A stretch of DNA of 64,000 bases from Macrostomum lignano (taxonomy: Eukaryota), in assembly GCA_002269645.1 (NCBI GenBank), contig NIVC01000200.1:644543-708542 (forward strand). Direction: 5' to 3'. Positions 35,101-49,600 of the stretch are shown piece by piece. A program made the translations under genes and the position numbers. Below the pieces are notes generated by a model, which saw nothing but the letters and a program-made list of their open reading frames with translations, did not search any database and was not told the origin of the DNA. Positions within the stretch are counted from its first letter, which is position 1, and each line of letters begins with the position of its first letter.

Positions 35101-37551
35101 AAAAAGAGTGTAAAACTAATTAAAGAAAATCGCCTATGCGCTTTGCAGTGGCAAAAATGTATTAAATAATCCCAAACGTCATTTTTGTTTCGCATTCAAA
35201 AGAGCTGAAAACTACTTACAGTAGAGCTATTTGGGCATTATAGCTCTAACCTTGAATTCATTTAAACTATCGGTTAATTTTATTGATATTACTTAAGGAT
35301 TGAAAAACAACTAAAGCTTTAATAAATCTAGCCTTTATTGTTAATACTTTTTATTATACATGTAAATACTACTCAACACATAGATACATGATAAAAGACA
35401 CTTCGCGTGTGAAATGCTTCGACGTGCCTACTGAACAGGGACTAAAGAAGTAGTACATCCTATGTACTAAAATATATTGTTTAATGTTGCGCGCGTGTGT
35501 TTGCTCAAAGAGTTGAGGTCTAAAAATGCACAAAAATAGTTGACAGTTTGTACATGTATAAATTATTGTTACATAAATATTAATTGGCTTGAATTCGGGT
35601 AATTTTTTTAATTACGCCCAACAGAAGTGAAAGGGCGAAACATCGGTTTGTTTCGTAGAAATTCTCGAAAACGGCGATGATACAATGCATATTTAATTTG
35701 TTTAATCGTGTTCAACTTTCATTCTTGCTACATCAATTTAAAAAAATATATAATTATTACTTCTAATTGCAGCAACGTTATATAACTTTGGCTTTATCTA
35801 GATTTTGTTTTTATTTTATTTTATTTTAAATTATTATTTTTTTTTATCTAGAAGACATGATCGAGACTTCAAATATATTTTATGAAACTAGAGTGTCCTT
35901 CTTATAATAATCCCCTATTCGCCCCATTGTTTTTGCTCCCTAATTAATCTGTAGATAATGAAACTGGGTGGAAACAAGAAAGCATGCAAACTCTTCGATG
36001 AAACAAACAGTTTTGATGAGAAAAAAAACAAATTGAAGTGTGATAAGAAGGTCTCAAATATTGATTTGTACATATAGTAACAGCATGCACCCGAAATTTA
36101 AAAAATTTCCAATAAAAAACGGTTCACTTTAATACAACAAACCGTAATTTAAAAAAATATTTTAAGGAATTTTAACCCGTTTCAGTGTCCTAGTAGCGTG
36201 ATAAAAATCTTTTTTTCAAAATATATCAAATTCGTTCTCAGCTGGCTTGCGGATATTTATAAATTTCAGATTTATTATGTTACCTGATCGAGCCAGTTTC
36301 TCTGAAAGCGATTGCCAAACAAAATTATATGACATTATAAAATTCTGCTTAAATTCCAATCAGCATGGTATTAAACTAATAATCAATAAATATAGTAAAA
36401 TAAATTAAAAGAAACGATTTTCTCCAGCAGAAAAAAGTTTAATTATGGTTGGTTAAAGGTGAGGATATTTCAAGTTTGTATAAGCATCAAAATTACATAA
36501 ATGCATGTTAATTGCTTTTATGCAGGCTTTAACAGAAATTTGCAAGTTTTGGAAAAATTGACGATGCATGTACATGAAGGTTAATATATTTGTGTACATG
36601 TAGTAGGGAGTGAGTACAGGTGTGGTAAACCAAAGTTCAGGGGTCGTTATAGGATAGAGAGTTAAAAAAATTGGTTGAAGACATAAATTTGCGAAAAAAG
36701 AATAATTTTTTCCGGCACTCTTTAAATAATAGAGCAAGGCTCAAATAATTAATTTCGTTTAAGTTAAGTGGCTATAAAACTATACACGTATGCATGATTA
36801 ATTTGTGAAATGAAAAATTTTTCTCTAATATCTAGACGTGATACTTTAGTGCAAAAATATACCGGCTCCAAATATTTGGTTTTCGTATAAAATAGTCTCT
36901 AAATTCAAACTGTACTACTGCGCTAAAATAGAATTATAGTAAGTAGCACACAGCTAGAGTTTGTTTTAATCGTTGAGATCATTTTAAAACTCTATCGATT
37001 ATTGTTGTAATTATAATTTTTTTTTATAATATACATTGTATGAGGTAGTAAACAAAGTAATTTTTTTGAAAGTTATTAAAAGCGTTAAAAATTAGTAAAA
37101 ATAGCTACAAACATAAATATATACTGAAATATGGCAAGAAAAAATTATAGACTCACATTATTATTGTACATATCTGTGGTGATTGCTTGAAGGCCAGTAG
37201 TATTGCAGGCGCATCTAACGAATTCTGCGTTGTAGTCTTCAACCCAGCAGTCCTGCTGGGTCCAGTGATAATCGTCTCTGCATTGAATGAGAAATGATAA
37301 AACTGCATTTTAATAGAACCAAACGCAATCTCGATTATAATGGACAGACAGTTGGTAAGATTTATGTTACACAGACGGACGCAATACACTATAACAGACA
37401 ACTAAACAGACAGACAGACACAACAAGACAGAAAGACAGAAGACAGACAGAAGACAGACAGACAGACAGACAGACAGACAACCAGACAGACAACCAGACA
37501 GACAGACAGACAGACAACCAGACAGACAGACAGACAGATAGACAGACAGAC

Positions 37552-37649
<98 letters not shown>

Positions 37650-40600
37650 CCAGACAGACAGACAGACAGACAACCAGACAGACAGACAGACAGACAGACA
37701 GACGCGGTAAAAACGCGGCAAATCAGCGGGTTTGATAATTTGCAAATATTTTTCATAAATTCGGACAGTTGTAAAAAAATTCGTGACTATGTTATATTAC
37801 ATGATAAGCTTGCATTGATGTTACTTTAAGTAGGAAGGCAAGGTGCATCGGCGAAGAGTTTGCAAAAGTGAAAAGTGCAGAATACGCAATTAAAATACGC
37901 TTATTTTACCTATTCTAGTTATAAAATTGATATTGAAATAACGCCTTTCGCCGAAAACATGAGTATTTGCATGTTCTGCTCTAGATGCAACGCTAACTAA
38001 TTTGTTAATTTGCACAAAGACTGGCATTGATTGGGTGCAGCTAGTATCATGAAATGTACCGGTCTGCTCTGATTCGCCAATTCTGTGTAAGCTTCTAATT
38101 TAAGGGAGAGATAAAATTTAGTACAAGTTAATGTTTTACAAGAAACCTTCACTACCAACTAAGAATATTAATTCAGCGTTAGTGTAGATAACTTACGACA
38201 ACATACAAAATTTAGACATCATAAATAGGGAACATGACTGACGAAAAAAACTGATTTCATTACCTTTCGGGCACTCTGAAATAAATAATTAAATATGCTA
38301 TTCATTCATTTGTTGGGTGGTGATAGTCCGAGTGCTTTAATTATATAATTGATTAAGAAAAGTCTGCATGCAATTATATTTCGTCAATTTATACGGCCAT
38401 GGGGCATATTTGACTTGGTTAGTAATTATATCCTATATTTACATGCATCTAGAGTTTATACCTAAGCGACCAAGATTGCTAGCACACATACAAGCATGCA
38501 AAATGATCCATGTAGTTTAAAATTTAGTTTAAAGAATATATTTGATAGATAGTTTAGTACATTATATACGAGGTAGCTAAATGTATTGATAGATTACGCA
38601 GTATACACAAATACTAAAAACGTTACAAGTTATTTAAAAGAGAAACCCGACGCTTTTTAAGTACTCTATGAACTATTTCTAACCGTCTGCTATGTAACTA
38701 CCTCAAATGAAACACACGCCAGTTTAGTTTTATTATGAAAAATTTAGGCCTCGTATAAGGTGAGATATTGGGACAATTTATCTTGCTAATTTGCATTTTT
38801 GAACGAAATCGGTATATAATTAAAACTCTTAATCATCCTTAGGTGCCTATTTAGCAAATTTAAAATGGGAGTTAACGGCTAGCTAATCTACACGTTATTA
38901 AAAGTTACAGAAGGAATAAAGTGCATTTATGCACGTCAGGAAATGCATGCATGTAGCTATGGATCAAGCAATCATGCTTACCTGTCGTGAAAAGTCAACC
39001 GAACACATTTTACGTCGGATATATTGACATTCTAAAATTTTTGTTTTAATTAAACAAACTTCATATAAAGCCAGTCTGATGATAGTGTAGCACTCAATAT
39101 TGAATTTTAATATTGCTATTCTTTAACTTGATTTTATTTAAAGAACAGAAAACTATAAAACTCACATTAGTGTATCTCAATCGGGTTCGTATTGGAACAT
39201 TGAGACCTCTGAGCAGTTCTTGGTTGTTACGAAACAATAGGACGTGATAGATTGCACTGTTGACATTGTCCTCTCTGTGGGACATCGCTCCAAGTCTGCA
39301 AATTGTTTTTTTAATTAAGTTTATCCGCCTCGTTGAGTGGGTGCCATTTCCTTTGGTGGGTGCCATTTCCTTTGAGTGGGTGCCATTTCCTTTGAGTAGG
39401 TGCCATTTCCTTTGAGTAGGTGCCATTTCCTTTGAGTGGGTGCCATTTCCTTTGAGTGGGTGCCATTTCCTTTGAGTGGGTGATATTTCCTTTGAGTAGG
39501 TGCCATTTCCTTTGAGTGGGTGCCATTTCCTTTGAGTGGGTGCCATTTCCTTTGAGTAGGTGCCATTTCCTTTGAGTGGGTGCCATTTCCTTTGAGTGGG
39601 TGCCATTTCCTTTGGTGGGTGCCATTTCCTTTGAGTGAGTGCCATTTCCTTTGAGTGGGTGCCATTTCCTTTGGTGGGTGCCATTTCCTTTGAGTGAGTG
39701 CCATTTCCTTTGAGTGGGTGCCATTTCCTTTGGTGGGCGCCATTTCTTTTGGTGGGCGCCATTTCCTTTGAGTAGGTGCCATTTCCTTTGGTGGGTGCCA
39801 TTTCTTTTGGTGGGCGCCATTTCCTTTGGTGGGCGCCATTTCCTTTGAGTAGGTGCCATTTCCTTTGGTGGGTGCCATTTCTTTTGGTGGGCGCCATTTC
39901 CTTTGGTGGGCGCCATTTCCTTTGAGTAGGTGCCATTTCCTCATTTGAAAACAAGAAACCCAGACAAAAAACTCACGTTCTCTTCCAAGCAGCGATGAGG
40001 TGCACGTGAGGAAGCAGCCGGTCTCCATAGGGGTACATTGCCAGTATGCTGATGTACATGGCTGCAAATTTTGATTGCTAATATAATGTCCATTTTCCGG
40101 TTTTTCCTGTTAATGTTTCTATTGTAATCTAGCTTATAGCTAGTGAGAAATTACATGTTTACATTACAATCGAATTACGATGTAATATCAATGTAAAATT
40201 TTTGTCAACTTCTTTACTCGGTTAAAGTTCATCTTCTAAAGATTACAAAGGTTCTCAAAGTTAACCTTAGTTGTTTTGAAGTTGATTCTGATTGCGTTAA
40301 GGGTTATGTCTATGGGAGAATCTCCCACATAGAGCGTACAGGATTTGGTTATGTCTATGGCAGAATCCCTCATAGAGCGTACAGGATTTGCTTTATGTCT
40401 ATGGCAGAATCCCCCATAGAGCGTACAGGATTTGGTTATGTCTATGGCAGAATCCCCCATAGAGCGTACAGGATTTGGTTATGTCTATGGCAGAATCCCC
40501 CATAGAGCGTACAGGATTTGGTTATGTCTATGGCAGAATCTCCCTTGAAGAGTACAGGATTAAATTGTTAATCTATATAAATCAAAGTTAAGCAGAATTC

Positions 40601-43600
40601 GGCGTGGTTAGTGCGTCAGAAAAGCAAAAATCTGAGCAACACTCACTCGGAGCAGCCAGCATGTCCTGCTTAGTGGCACCCTCGTACAGTTCAGCCAGAA
40701 GGCTCATGTTCCTGAATGTGTGCGGTTGCACCCCGACAGCTCCCAGCTGCACCACCGATGGCTTCATCAGCTTCTCATCGGCTTTATCGGGCAGAGCGTC
40801 GCCGTCGAACTTCTCCGGATGAAAAGCGGTCACCTTGACGACTGCGGGGCATCAGTGGGGTCAGTTGTTGCAAAGTGAGTAAAGTGGTCATCTCCTGACA
40901 TCTCCTGACACCCAAAGTGCCGATCTCCTGACACCCAAAGTGCCAATCTCCTGACACCCAAAGTGCCAATCTCCTGACACCCAAAGTGCCAATCTCCTGA
41001 CACCCAAAGTGCCAATCTCCTGACACTCAAAGTGCCAATCTCCTGACACCCAAAGTGCCAATCTCCTGACACCCAAAGTGCCAATCTCCTGACACCCAAA
41101 GTGCCAATCTCCTGACACTCAAAGTGCCAATCTCCTGACACCCAAAGTGCCGATCTCCTGACACCCAAAGTGCCAATCTCCTGACACCCAAAGTGCCAAT
41201 CTCCTGACACCCAAAGTGCCAATCTCCTGACACCCAAAGTGCCAATCTCCTGACACCCAAAGTGCCAATCTCCTGACACCCAAAGTGCCAATCTCCTGAC
41301 ACCCAAAGTGCCAATCTCCTGACACCCAAAGTGCCAATCTCCTGACACCCAAAGTGCCAATCTCCTGACACCCAAAGTGCCAATCTCCTGACACCCAAAG
41401 TGCCAATCTCCTGACACCCAAAGTGCCGATCTCCTGACACCCAAAGTGCCAATCTCCTGACACCCAAAGTGCCAATCTCCTGACACCCAAAGTGCCAATC
41501 TCCTGACACCCAAAGTGCCAATCTCCTGACACCCAAAGTGCCAATCTCCTGACACCCAAAGTGCCAATCTCCTGACACCCAAAGTGCCAATCTCCTGACA
41601 CCCAAAGTGCCAATCTCCTGACACCCAAAGTGCCAATCTCCTGACACCCAAAGTGCCAATCTCCTGACACTCAAAGTGCCAATCTCCTGACACCCAAAGT
41701 GCCAATCTCCTGACACTCAAAGTGCCGATCTCCTGACACCCAAAGTGCCAATCTCCTGACACCCAAAGTGCCAATCTCCTGACACCCAAAGTGCCAATCT
41801 CCTGACACCCAAAGTGCCAATCTCCTGACACCCAAAGTGCCAATCTCCTGACACCCAAAGTGCCAATCTCCTGACACTCAAAGTGCCAATCTCCTGACAC
41901 CCAAAGTGCCGATCTGCTGACACCCAAAGTGCCGATCTCCTGACACCCAAAGTGCCAATCTCCTGACACCCAAAGTGCCAATCTCCTGACACGCAAAGTG
42001 CTGATCTCCTGACACCTAAAGTGTCGATCTCCTGACACCCAAAGTGCCAATCTCCTGACACCCAAAGTGTCGATCTCCTGACACCCAAAGTGCCAATCTC
42101 ATGACACTCAAAGTGCCAATCTCCTGACACCTAAAGTGTCGATCTCCTGACACCCAAAGTGTCGATCTCCTGACACCCAAAGTGTCGATCTCCTGACACC
42201 CAAAGTGCCAATCTCCTGACACCCAAAGTGTCGATCTCCTGACACCCAAAGTGCCAATCTCATGACACTCAAAGTGCCAATCTCCTGACACCTAAAGTGT
42301 CGATCTCCTGACACCCAAAGTGTCGATCTCCTGACACCTAAAGTGTCGATCTCCTGACACTCAAAGTGCCGATCTCCTGACACCCAAAGTGTCGATCTCC
42401 TGACACCCAAAGTGTCGATCTCCTGACACCCAAAGTGCCAATCTCATGACACTCAAAGTGCCAATCTCCTGACACCTAAAGTGTCGATCTCCTGACACCC
42501 AAAGTGTCGATCTCCTGACACCCAAAGTGTCGATCTCCTGACACCCAAAGTGTCGATCTCCTGACACCCAAAGTGTCGATCTCCTGACACCCAAAGTGTC
42601 GATCTCCTGACACCCAAAGTGTCGATCTCCTGACACCCAAAGTGCCGATCTCCTGACACCCAAAGTGCCAATGCATGTAATTAGCATATAAAAAGTACAT
42701 TTTTTTGCATCCACCTACCAAGGTTTTCACCGTTGAAAAACGAGTTCATGTCGGACAAGTCCAACTGCTTGGCGCTCAGGCGCTCCATCGGATGCTGCGT
42801 CACTTTTGACGTGTAAATCTCGGACACGTATAGGGAGAAAATGTTGTGCAAGTTGGACAGCAGATGCCGGCTCTCTTGGCCAGGATGTCGGGTTAAATTC
42901 CAAGCGGCCATGTTCTTATCCGACATCAGGTTATTTGTGAGCTTTAGGATTTTCTGCCATATTTTCGGTTTTGGTATTTTTCAATTCATACGAGCGTACT
43001 TATTTAAGAGTTACGAGCGTAGTTGCAATTCGTACGGTTTTTTAATTTAAATAAAAAAATTTCAATAACGTACTATCACGATCTGCCGTAACTAAGAAAT
43101 ATTTTGACGTTTAAAATGAATATTTTGACTTTTGTTTTAGTTTTTGCCATTTTTAAATATAATAGGTTTTGATATTTACATGCAAGGCAGTTTCTAATTC
43201 TGGATGGATATATGCATGCGATTTCTAAGGAAAAAAACTAAGAACTTATTTAAATTATTCTTACAGAATTCAATCAGTATAAAAAAATTTACAACGTTAT
43301 ATTCTTCGTCAATCAGTCATAAATGTACTTTTACATAAAGTTCAAGGCACAAAACTCACATTAAACAGCTGCTTCAGTTCCTGAATATCCGTTCGCTGCA
43401 TTCTCGGCACTGAGCAGGACTTTTTCTACAATATTATTGAGCGTCACATAATAGTTTCAGAAATATGAAGAGTTTGTTTTAATGTCGGCAATAAAATCCG
43501 GAAAATCAATGAAAAAAGGAACAACTGCAGGTGCTTACCCAGGCTGCCGCAAAATTATCAAGCGCCGTAACCATGACGTGTAAATCCATTGGATTTTTGT

Positions 43601-46600
43601 ACGCCGTCAATTTGGTGATGTTCTCCATGCGGGTCAGCAGGCTGAGGCCCAGCAGTGGATAGCAGCTAATGTCCATAGCTGATAGGGAATTGCTCTGAAA
43701 TTGATGACGGTCAGAAATTTCTTTGTTAAAGATGACTTCAATGAGACTTCATTTACTGTAATCAATATATATATCATATATCATATATCATTATCTCAGT
43801 TACTTTGTATATCTTAGACTTATTGAAATTCTCGACACGGGGATAAAATGGAATTCATTACATTACAAACATACATGTACTGACATCCTGTTGTACATTC
43901 GGAATGAACTGTGCATGTACACACTGAATTAATAAATCATATACTAAATAGATAACAAACATACTGACATCATGGGCATACTGACGTCATGGACATACAT
44001 CATAGACATACTGACATCATAGACATACTGATGTCATGGACATACTGACATCATAGACATACTGACATCATAGACATACTGATGTCATGGACATACTGAC
44101 ATCATAGACATACTGACATCATAGACATACTGACATCATAGACATACTGACATCATTGACATACTGATGTCATGGACATACTGACATCATAGACATACTG
44201 ATGTCATGGACATACTGACATCATAGACATACTGACGTCATGGGCACACTAACATAACGGAACATCATACACGTGTAGAAAGTGGCCTTTCACTATTGAC
44301 CCGTAATCCCAACCAGAATAAACAATAAAACACTAACAATCCACGCACCTCATTTAAAATGTCCAGATGTTCTTTACTAACGCAACGATCGTAATTGGGC
44401 TGACTCCAGCTGCCCTGCTGTTTGCTGTTCCTCAGGCAGGACCGATAAGCGATGGGATGCGAGCCGTCTACAGCCAGGTTGATTTTGAGGGATTGAGTTA
44501 AATGAGTGTTTGCCTGCGGCGCCAAAATGAGTGTTTGCCTGCGGCGCCAAAATGAGTGTTTGCCTGCGGCGCCAAAATGAGTGTTTGCCTGCGGCGCCAA
44601 AATGAGTGTTTGCCAGTGGCGCCAAAACGAGTGAAAACAACACGGATTTCCAAAATAATATAGGAATTTAGTCATGTGTAGAACTCTTGGCTTTGCCCCC
44701 CTCACCATAAAATCCTTGGTCATAATTGAGTAGTCAGATCATATGTAGTTGAGTAAGCTTATTTTAATCCAGTAAAAACTGTGCTCATTCCTCACCAGTG
44801 GCATTCTCAATCTTCTCGGCAGTGGGGCATGGCACCGAGGTGCTCTGATCAGCCTTGGTTCTGGGCCATTCAATATTTGAGTCAATGCTTGCTTTGCACT
44901 GAGCGCCCATACGTTCGCTGCAGTTGAAATCGCAGGACTCTTGAAGGCTGGCCACCATGGCGTTTCTTGTGTGTTCGTCTGCAAATGCGGCAAGGCGTTG
45001 GTCGGCTTTTAAGGCTCAGGGGGTGTCTCTGCGATTCACACGAATGAGGACCAATCCCTAAGGCACTGAGAGTGCACATGCCTGAGGATTAGACAGTCAG
45101 GACCGATGTACACCCTGTGTGAGCGCGTACGAGTGCGTACCTGCGTACAGTACTGGCGCGCTTGCATGTGCTCAGGAGTCAGCGGAATGGGCAGAACTGC
45201 CTCGGCGCTGGCTGTAAGACGATGTCATCAAAGGCAGTCAGTGTCCAAACTATTTGTGCCTTTGTGGCTCTTATAGAGAGACAAGACAAAGACACAATTT
45301 CCAACAGTGCCTATGCCATCAACAAACTGCATTTGATTATCCTTAACCTTAAATCCTTAATCCCTCAATTCTACCGGTGCTGGGCATTAGCGTGGACATA
45401 ACCGCTGTTTGCTAAACTGGACCAATATCTATCTAATCAAATATTAGCCAACAGCGCCCATTGTCACATTTTGCATGACTTTCGTGTCTATCTATCAGCT
45501 ATTTATCTAGTATCTAATAGCAACGGAAGCCAATCTGATTACCAAATGGGTTTTAGTAATTAACTACAGTTAGTCCTTGGTGGGAATATTGCAAACTATA
45601 ATGTCAATAAAGTAATCCTCTGCTCACTGAACAAAGTAAACAAGCGAACTTGTAAATTTGCTGAGATACCAAAGCTCTTTAGGAGTTTCTGAGATGCTAA
45701 TGCTCTTTAGGAGTTTCTGAGATGCTAATGCTCTTTGGGGAGTTTCTGAGATGCTAATGCTCTTTGGGAGTTTCTGAGATGCTAATGCTCTTTAGGAGTT
45801 TCTGAGATGCTAATGCTCTTTGGGGAGTTTCTGAGATGCTAATGCTCTTTAGGAGTTTCTGAGATGCTAATGCTCTTTGGGGAGTTTCTGAGATGCTAAT
45901 GCTCTTTAGGAGTTTCTGAGATGCTAATGCTCTTTGGGGAGTTTCTGAGATGCTAATGCTCTTTAAGAGTTTCTGAGATGCTAATGCTCTTTAGGAGTTT
46001 CTGAGATGCTAATGCTCTTTAGGAGTTTCTGAGATGCTAATGCTCTTTAGGAGTTTCTGAGATGCTAATGCTCTTTAGGAGTTTCTGAGATGCTAATGCT
46101 CTTTAGGAGTTTCTGAGATGCTAATGCTCTTTAGGTAGTGTCTGAGATGCTAAGACTCAAATGGAGGGTTCATGGCTCCATGGCTTGAAAAAGAATTTGA
46201 TGCCTAAGCTCAAACAGGATGCTGATATTTTAGGCTAGGATAGCCGGCTTTTAGAGCAGATGCTTTTTAATTCAAACATAATTTTGTTGAAGAAACTGAC
46301 AATAGCGACCGTACAAGGCTTGCCAGCTCGTGCAGTGTATATGAAAAGTTTATTCGAAAAACCTTATTGCTGTCCTTTCCTTCGAAGACTGCCAGTACTT
46401 GCTTGAATGGTAACAGACATGGTCAATTTAGTTGTTCCAAGAATAAGAGTCTTAGCATCCAATTCTATTTATAATGCTTGCTCACGGATGTAAAAATTGT
46501 GCTGACAGAAGGACTATGACGCGTAATAATAGAAATGATTACATGGGGGGCTCGCACTCACACACGCTCACACAGAGTGTACAGCGGCCCTGACTTTCTA

Positions 46601-49600
46601 ATCGTGAGGCATGTACAGTCTCTGTTCATTGCGGGATGATATTCATAGCTGGGAATCGAAGGACAACCTCCTGGGCCAAATTTCGGGCACACAACCCAAC
46701 ACAGGAATTGAACCAGGGATCGAGTCAGACGCGTTTATCACTAAGGTTCTCTGCCCCCGACAGTGATACTATATGCTCAGTTAGTAGTCAGTTTAGTCAG
46801 TTAAAAGTGTCAAAGATACGGACGCATCAGGAAACTCCCAATTATAACGGCGGTAGCAACCACTCCGAACAGCGACAAGAATCTCTCGATAGCGCGGGCG
46901 GCCACCACCCAGTCTGAATCGTTCGATTTCTGTTCCGCCGCAGGAGGTTTCCGCACGCAGTCGCCGTCGCCCTCAGCCTCAGCCGGACTCTGCTGGCCCA
47001 CCTGTGACGCTGTGGCGCCGTTGACGCAGAGCAGGCGGCCCAGGCATCGAACAAAGACCGCCCGAGCGCATTTCGGCATGCGGCTGCCCTCCGGTCTGAA
47101 GTGGAACAGCATGACCAGCGATGTCAGCAGCAGCGACACGGTGGACAACATCATGGCGGCCGTGATGAACAGGGCGATGGCGGGCATCTTCTGCGACTTC
47201 GGCAGGATTCCGTCCAGAAGCAGCAGGAACACGGTGTAGCTGAGCATGATTGTGATGCCGAATCCCAGCTTCTCACCGGACTCCAGTGGCACAAAGTACA
47301 CCAGCACTTGGAGCAGAGTCAGCAGCAACAATGGCGTGATGATGTTGATGAAATAGTACGTTGACACTCGTTTCAAGCTCAATCGCAGAACAAAGGTCGA
47401 AAGTTTTATCTCTGGTTGTCCTACCGTGATCAGAAATTCTTTCAGTTCCACAGTAGCTGAGGCGTTCGTCACAGTCCACTCGTTGCTAGGCTTAAAAATG
47501 CCCATCACCCGCAAAGGATTTGCCTGGTTGATAATAGGGAACACTGTTTTGCTGTAGCCCTGATTATTGAAAAAGAACAGCAGTTCGCACTCGTGCCGAT
47601 CGTAGGGAAATTCGGTCATGTTAAATTCGCAGAAAAACTCGAACTCCCGGCGCCAGAATGCTGTTACTAATGTCTGGTTTGGATTCAACGATCCCAGTGT
47701 AACTGGGACCTGCGGCACCAGGATCTGGTCATTTCCATTTCCATTGTAGACCATGATGGTCGGATACCAGATCTGCGTGGCCTCCCAGCGAGTTTCTCTG
47801 ACGCCGCCAAAGTCGGCAGGATTCCACACGAGTCGCTCCTCCTCCCAGCTGGCTTGAAAGTAGGCAGAAATTTTCATGCTCTGTTGAGCAGTGTCCACTG
47901 AGACCAAGTGACTGATCATCACCTCTACAGACACGTTTATTACCATAGAGCTATTGATTCTGGGCAGTATCAATGGACTGTAGTTTGTAATGTTATTTTT
48001 CAAGTACTGCATCAGGCGGATTTCGTAATCTGGAGTTGCCGACGAAGTGACCGCTAGACAAGCGAGTAAAATCAATGCGACAAACATTCTTGTTTTTTTC
48101 TAACTTTTTCACCTTGAACATCAGTTGGGATTATCCGCATCGATAGAAGCTAAATATACTGGTAGAATTTTATTGCGTCTCAGCCTGGCCAATCAAAACG
48201 TTACTTCGGCTTCAATTCATTTCCATGAGTCTAATTTTGCATTGCTATTGGACGACAGACTGTATGACATGGAGATGCTTCCTGGAGGCGAACTGAATTT
48301 CAGTCACTAGATGACTCGCTGCGGGGACATCTTCAGCAATTGTAGATGACTCGCTGCGGGGACATCTTCAGCAATTGTAGATGACTCGCTGCGGGGACAT
48401 CTTCAGCAATTGTAGATGACTCGCTGCGGGGACATCTTCAGCAATTGTAGATGACTTACTGCAGGACATCTTCAGCAATTGTAGATGACTTACTGCAGGA
48501 CATCTTCAGCAATTGTAGATGACTTACTGCAGGACAGGAAATCTTCAGCAATTGTAGATGACTTACTGCAGGACATCTTCAGCAATTGTAGATGACTTAC
48601 TGCACGACATCTTCAGCAATTGTAGATGACTTACTGCAGGACATCTTCAGCAATTGTAGATGACTTACTGCAGGACATCTTCAGCAATTGTAGATGACTT
48701 ACTGCACGACATCTTCAGCAATTGTAGATGACTTACTGCACGACATCTTCAGCAATTGTAGATGACTTACTGCAGGACATCTTCAGCAATTGTAGATGAC
48801 TTACTGCAGGACATCTTCAGCAATTGTAGATGACTTACTGCACGACATCTTCAGCAATTGTAGATGACTTACTGCAGGACATCTTCAGCAATTGTAGATG
48901 ACTTACTGCAGGACATCTTCAGCAATTGTAGATGACTTACTGCAGGACATCTTCAGCAATTGTAGATGACTTACTGCAGGACATCTTCAGCAATTGTAGA
49001 TGACTTACTGCAGGACAGGACATCTTCAGCAATTGTAGATGACTTACTGCAGGACATCTTCAGCAATTGTAGATGACTTACTGCAGGACATCTTCAGCAA
49101 TTGTAGATGACTTACTGCAGGACAGGACATCTTCAGCAATTGTAGATGACTTACTGCAGGACATCTTCAGCAATTGTAGATGACTTACTGCAGGACATCT
49201 TCAGCAATTGTAGATGACTTACTGCAGGACATCTTCAGCAATTGTAGATGACTTACTGCAGGACAGGACATCTTCAGCAATTGTAGATGACTTACTGCAG
49301 GACATCTTCAGCAATTGTAGATGACTTACTGCAGGACATCTTCAGCAATTGTAGATGACTTACTGCAGGACAGGACATCTTCAGCAATTGTAGATGACTT
49401 ACTGCAGGACATCTTCAGCAATTGTAGATGACTTACTACAGGGACATCTTCATCAAGTAGATGACTCGCTGCAGGGACATCTTCAGCAAGTAGATGACTC
49501 GCTGCATGGACATATTCTAAGCTAGACTAGCAATCTAGTGCCACCCTTCGGGGCGGCCAATAAGCAGGGGACGAAAATTATTTATGTGAGTCCTATTTGC

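Noticed and set aside
34790-36305. Candidate micro-exons between the GPS and TM1 exons (~34792-34826, ~36285-36302)
   Set aside because: Direct phase-0 splicing gives a normal GPS-to-TM1 distance, so they are not needed; cannot be excluded without cDNA.
38050-38095. Candidate small GPCR exon (AG|AAGCTTAC...CCG|GT)
   Set aside because: Exon 38982-39031 already joins 37157-37277 in phase and supplies the first GPS Cys; including this segment breaks the frame.
39094-42730. Repetitive ORFs (KEMAPT..., GVRRLALWVSGD...)
   Set aside because: Minisatellite translations; the flanking real exons splice around them in phase.
48308-49510. CRISPR-like appearance of the 34-bp array (also the 28-, 34- and 43-bp arrays)
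   Set aside because: Units are contiguous with no unique spacers, there are no cas genes, and the context is eukaryotic introns.
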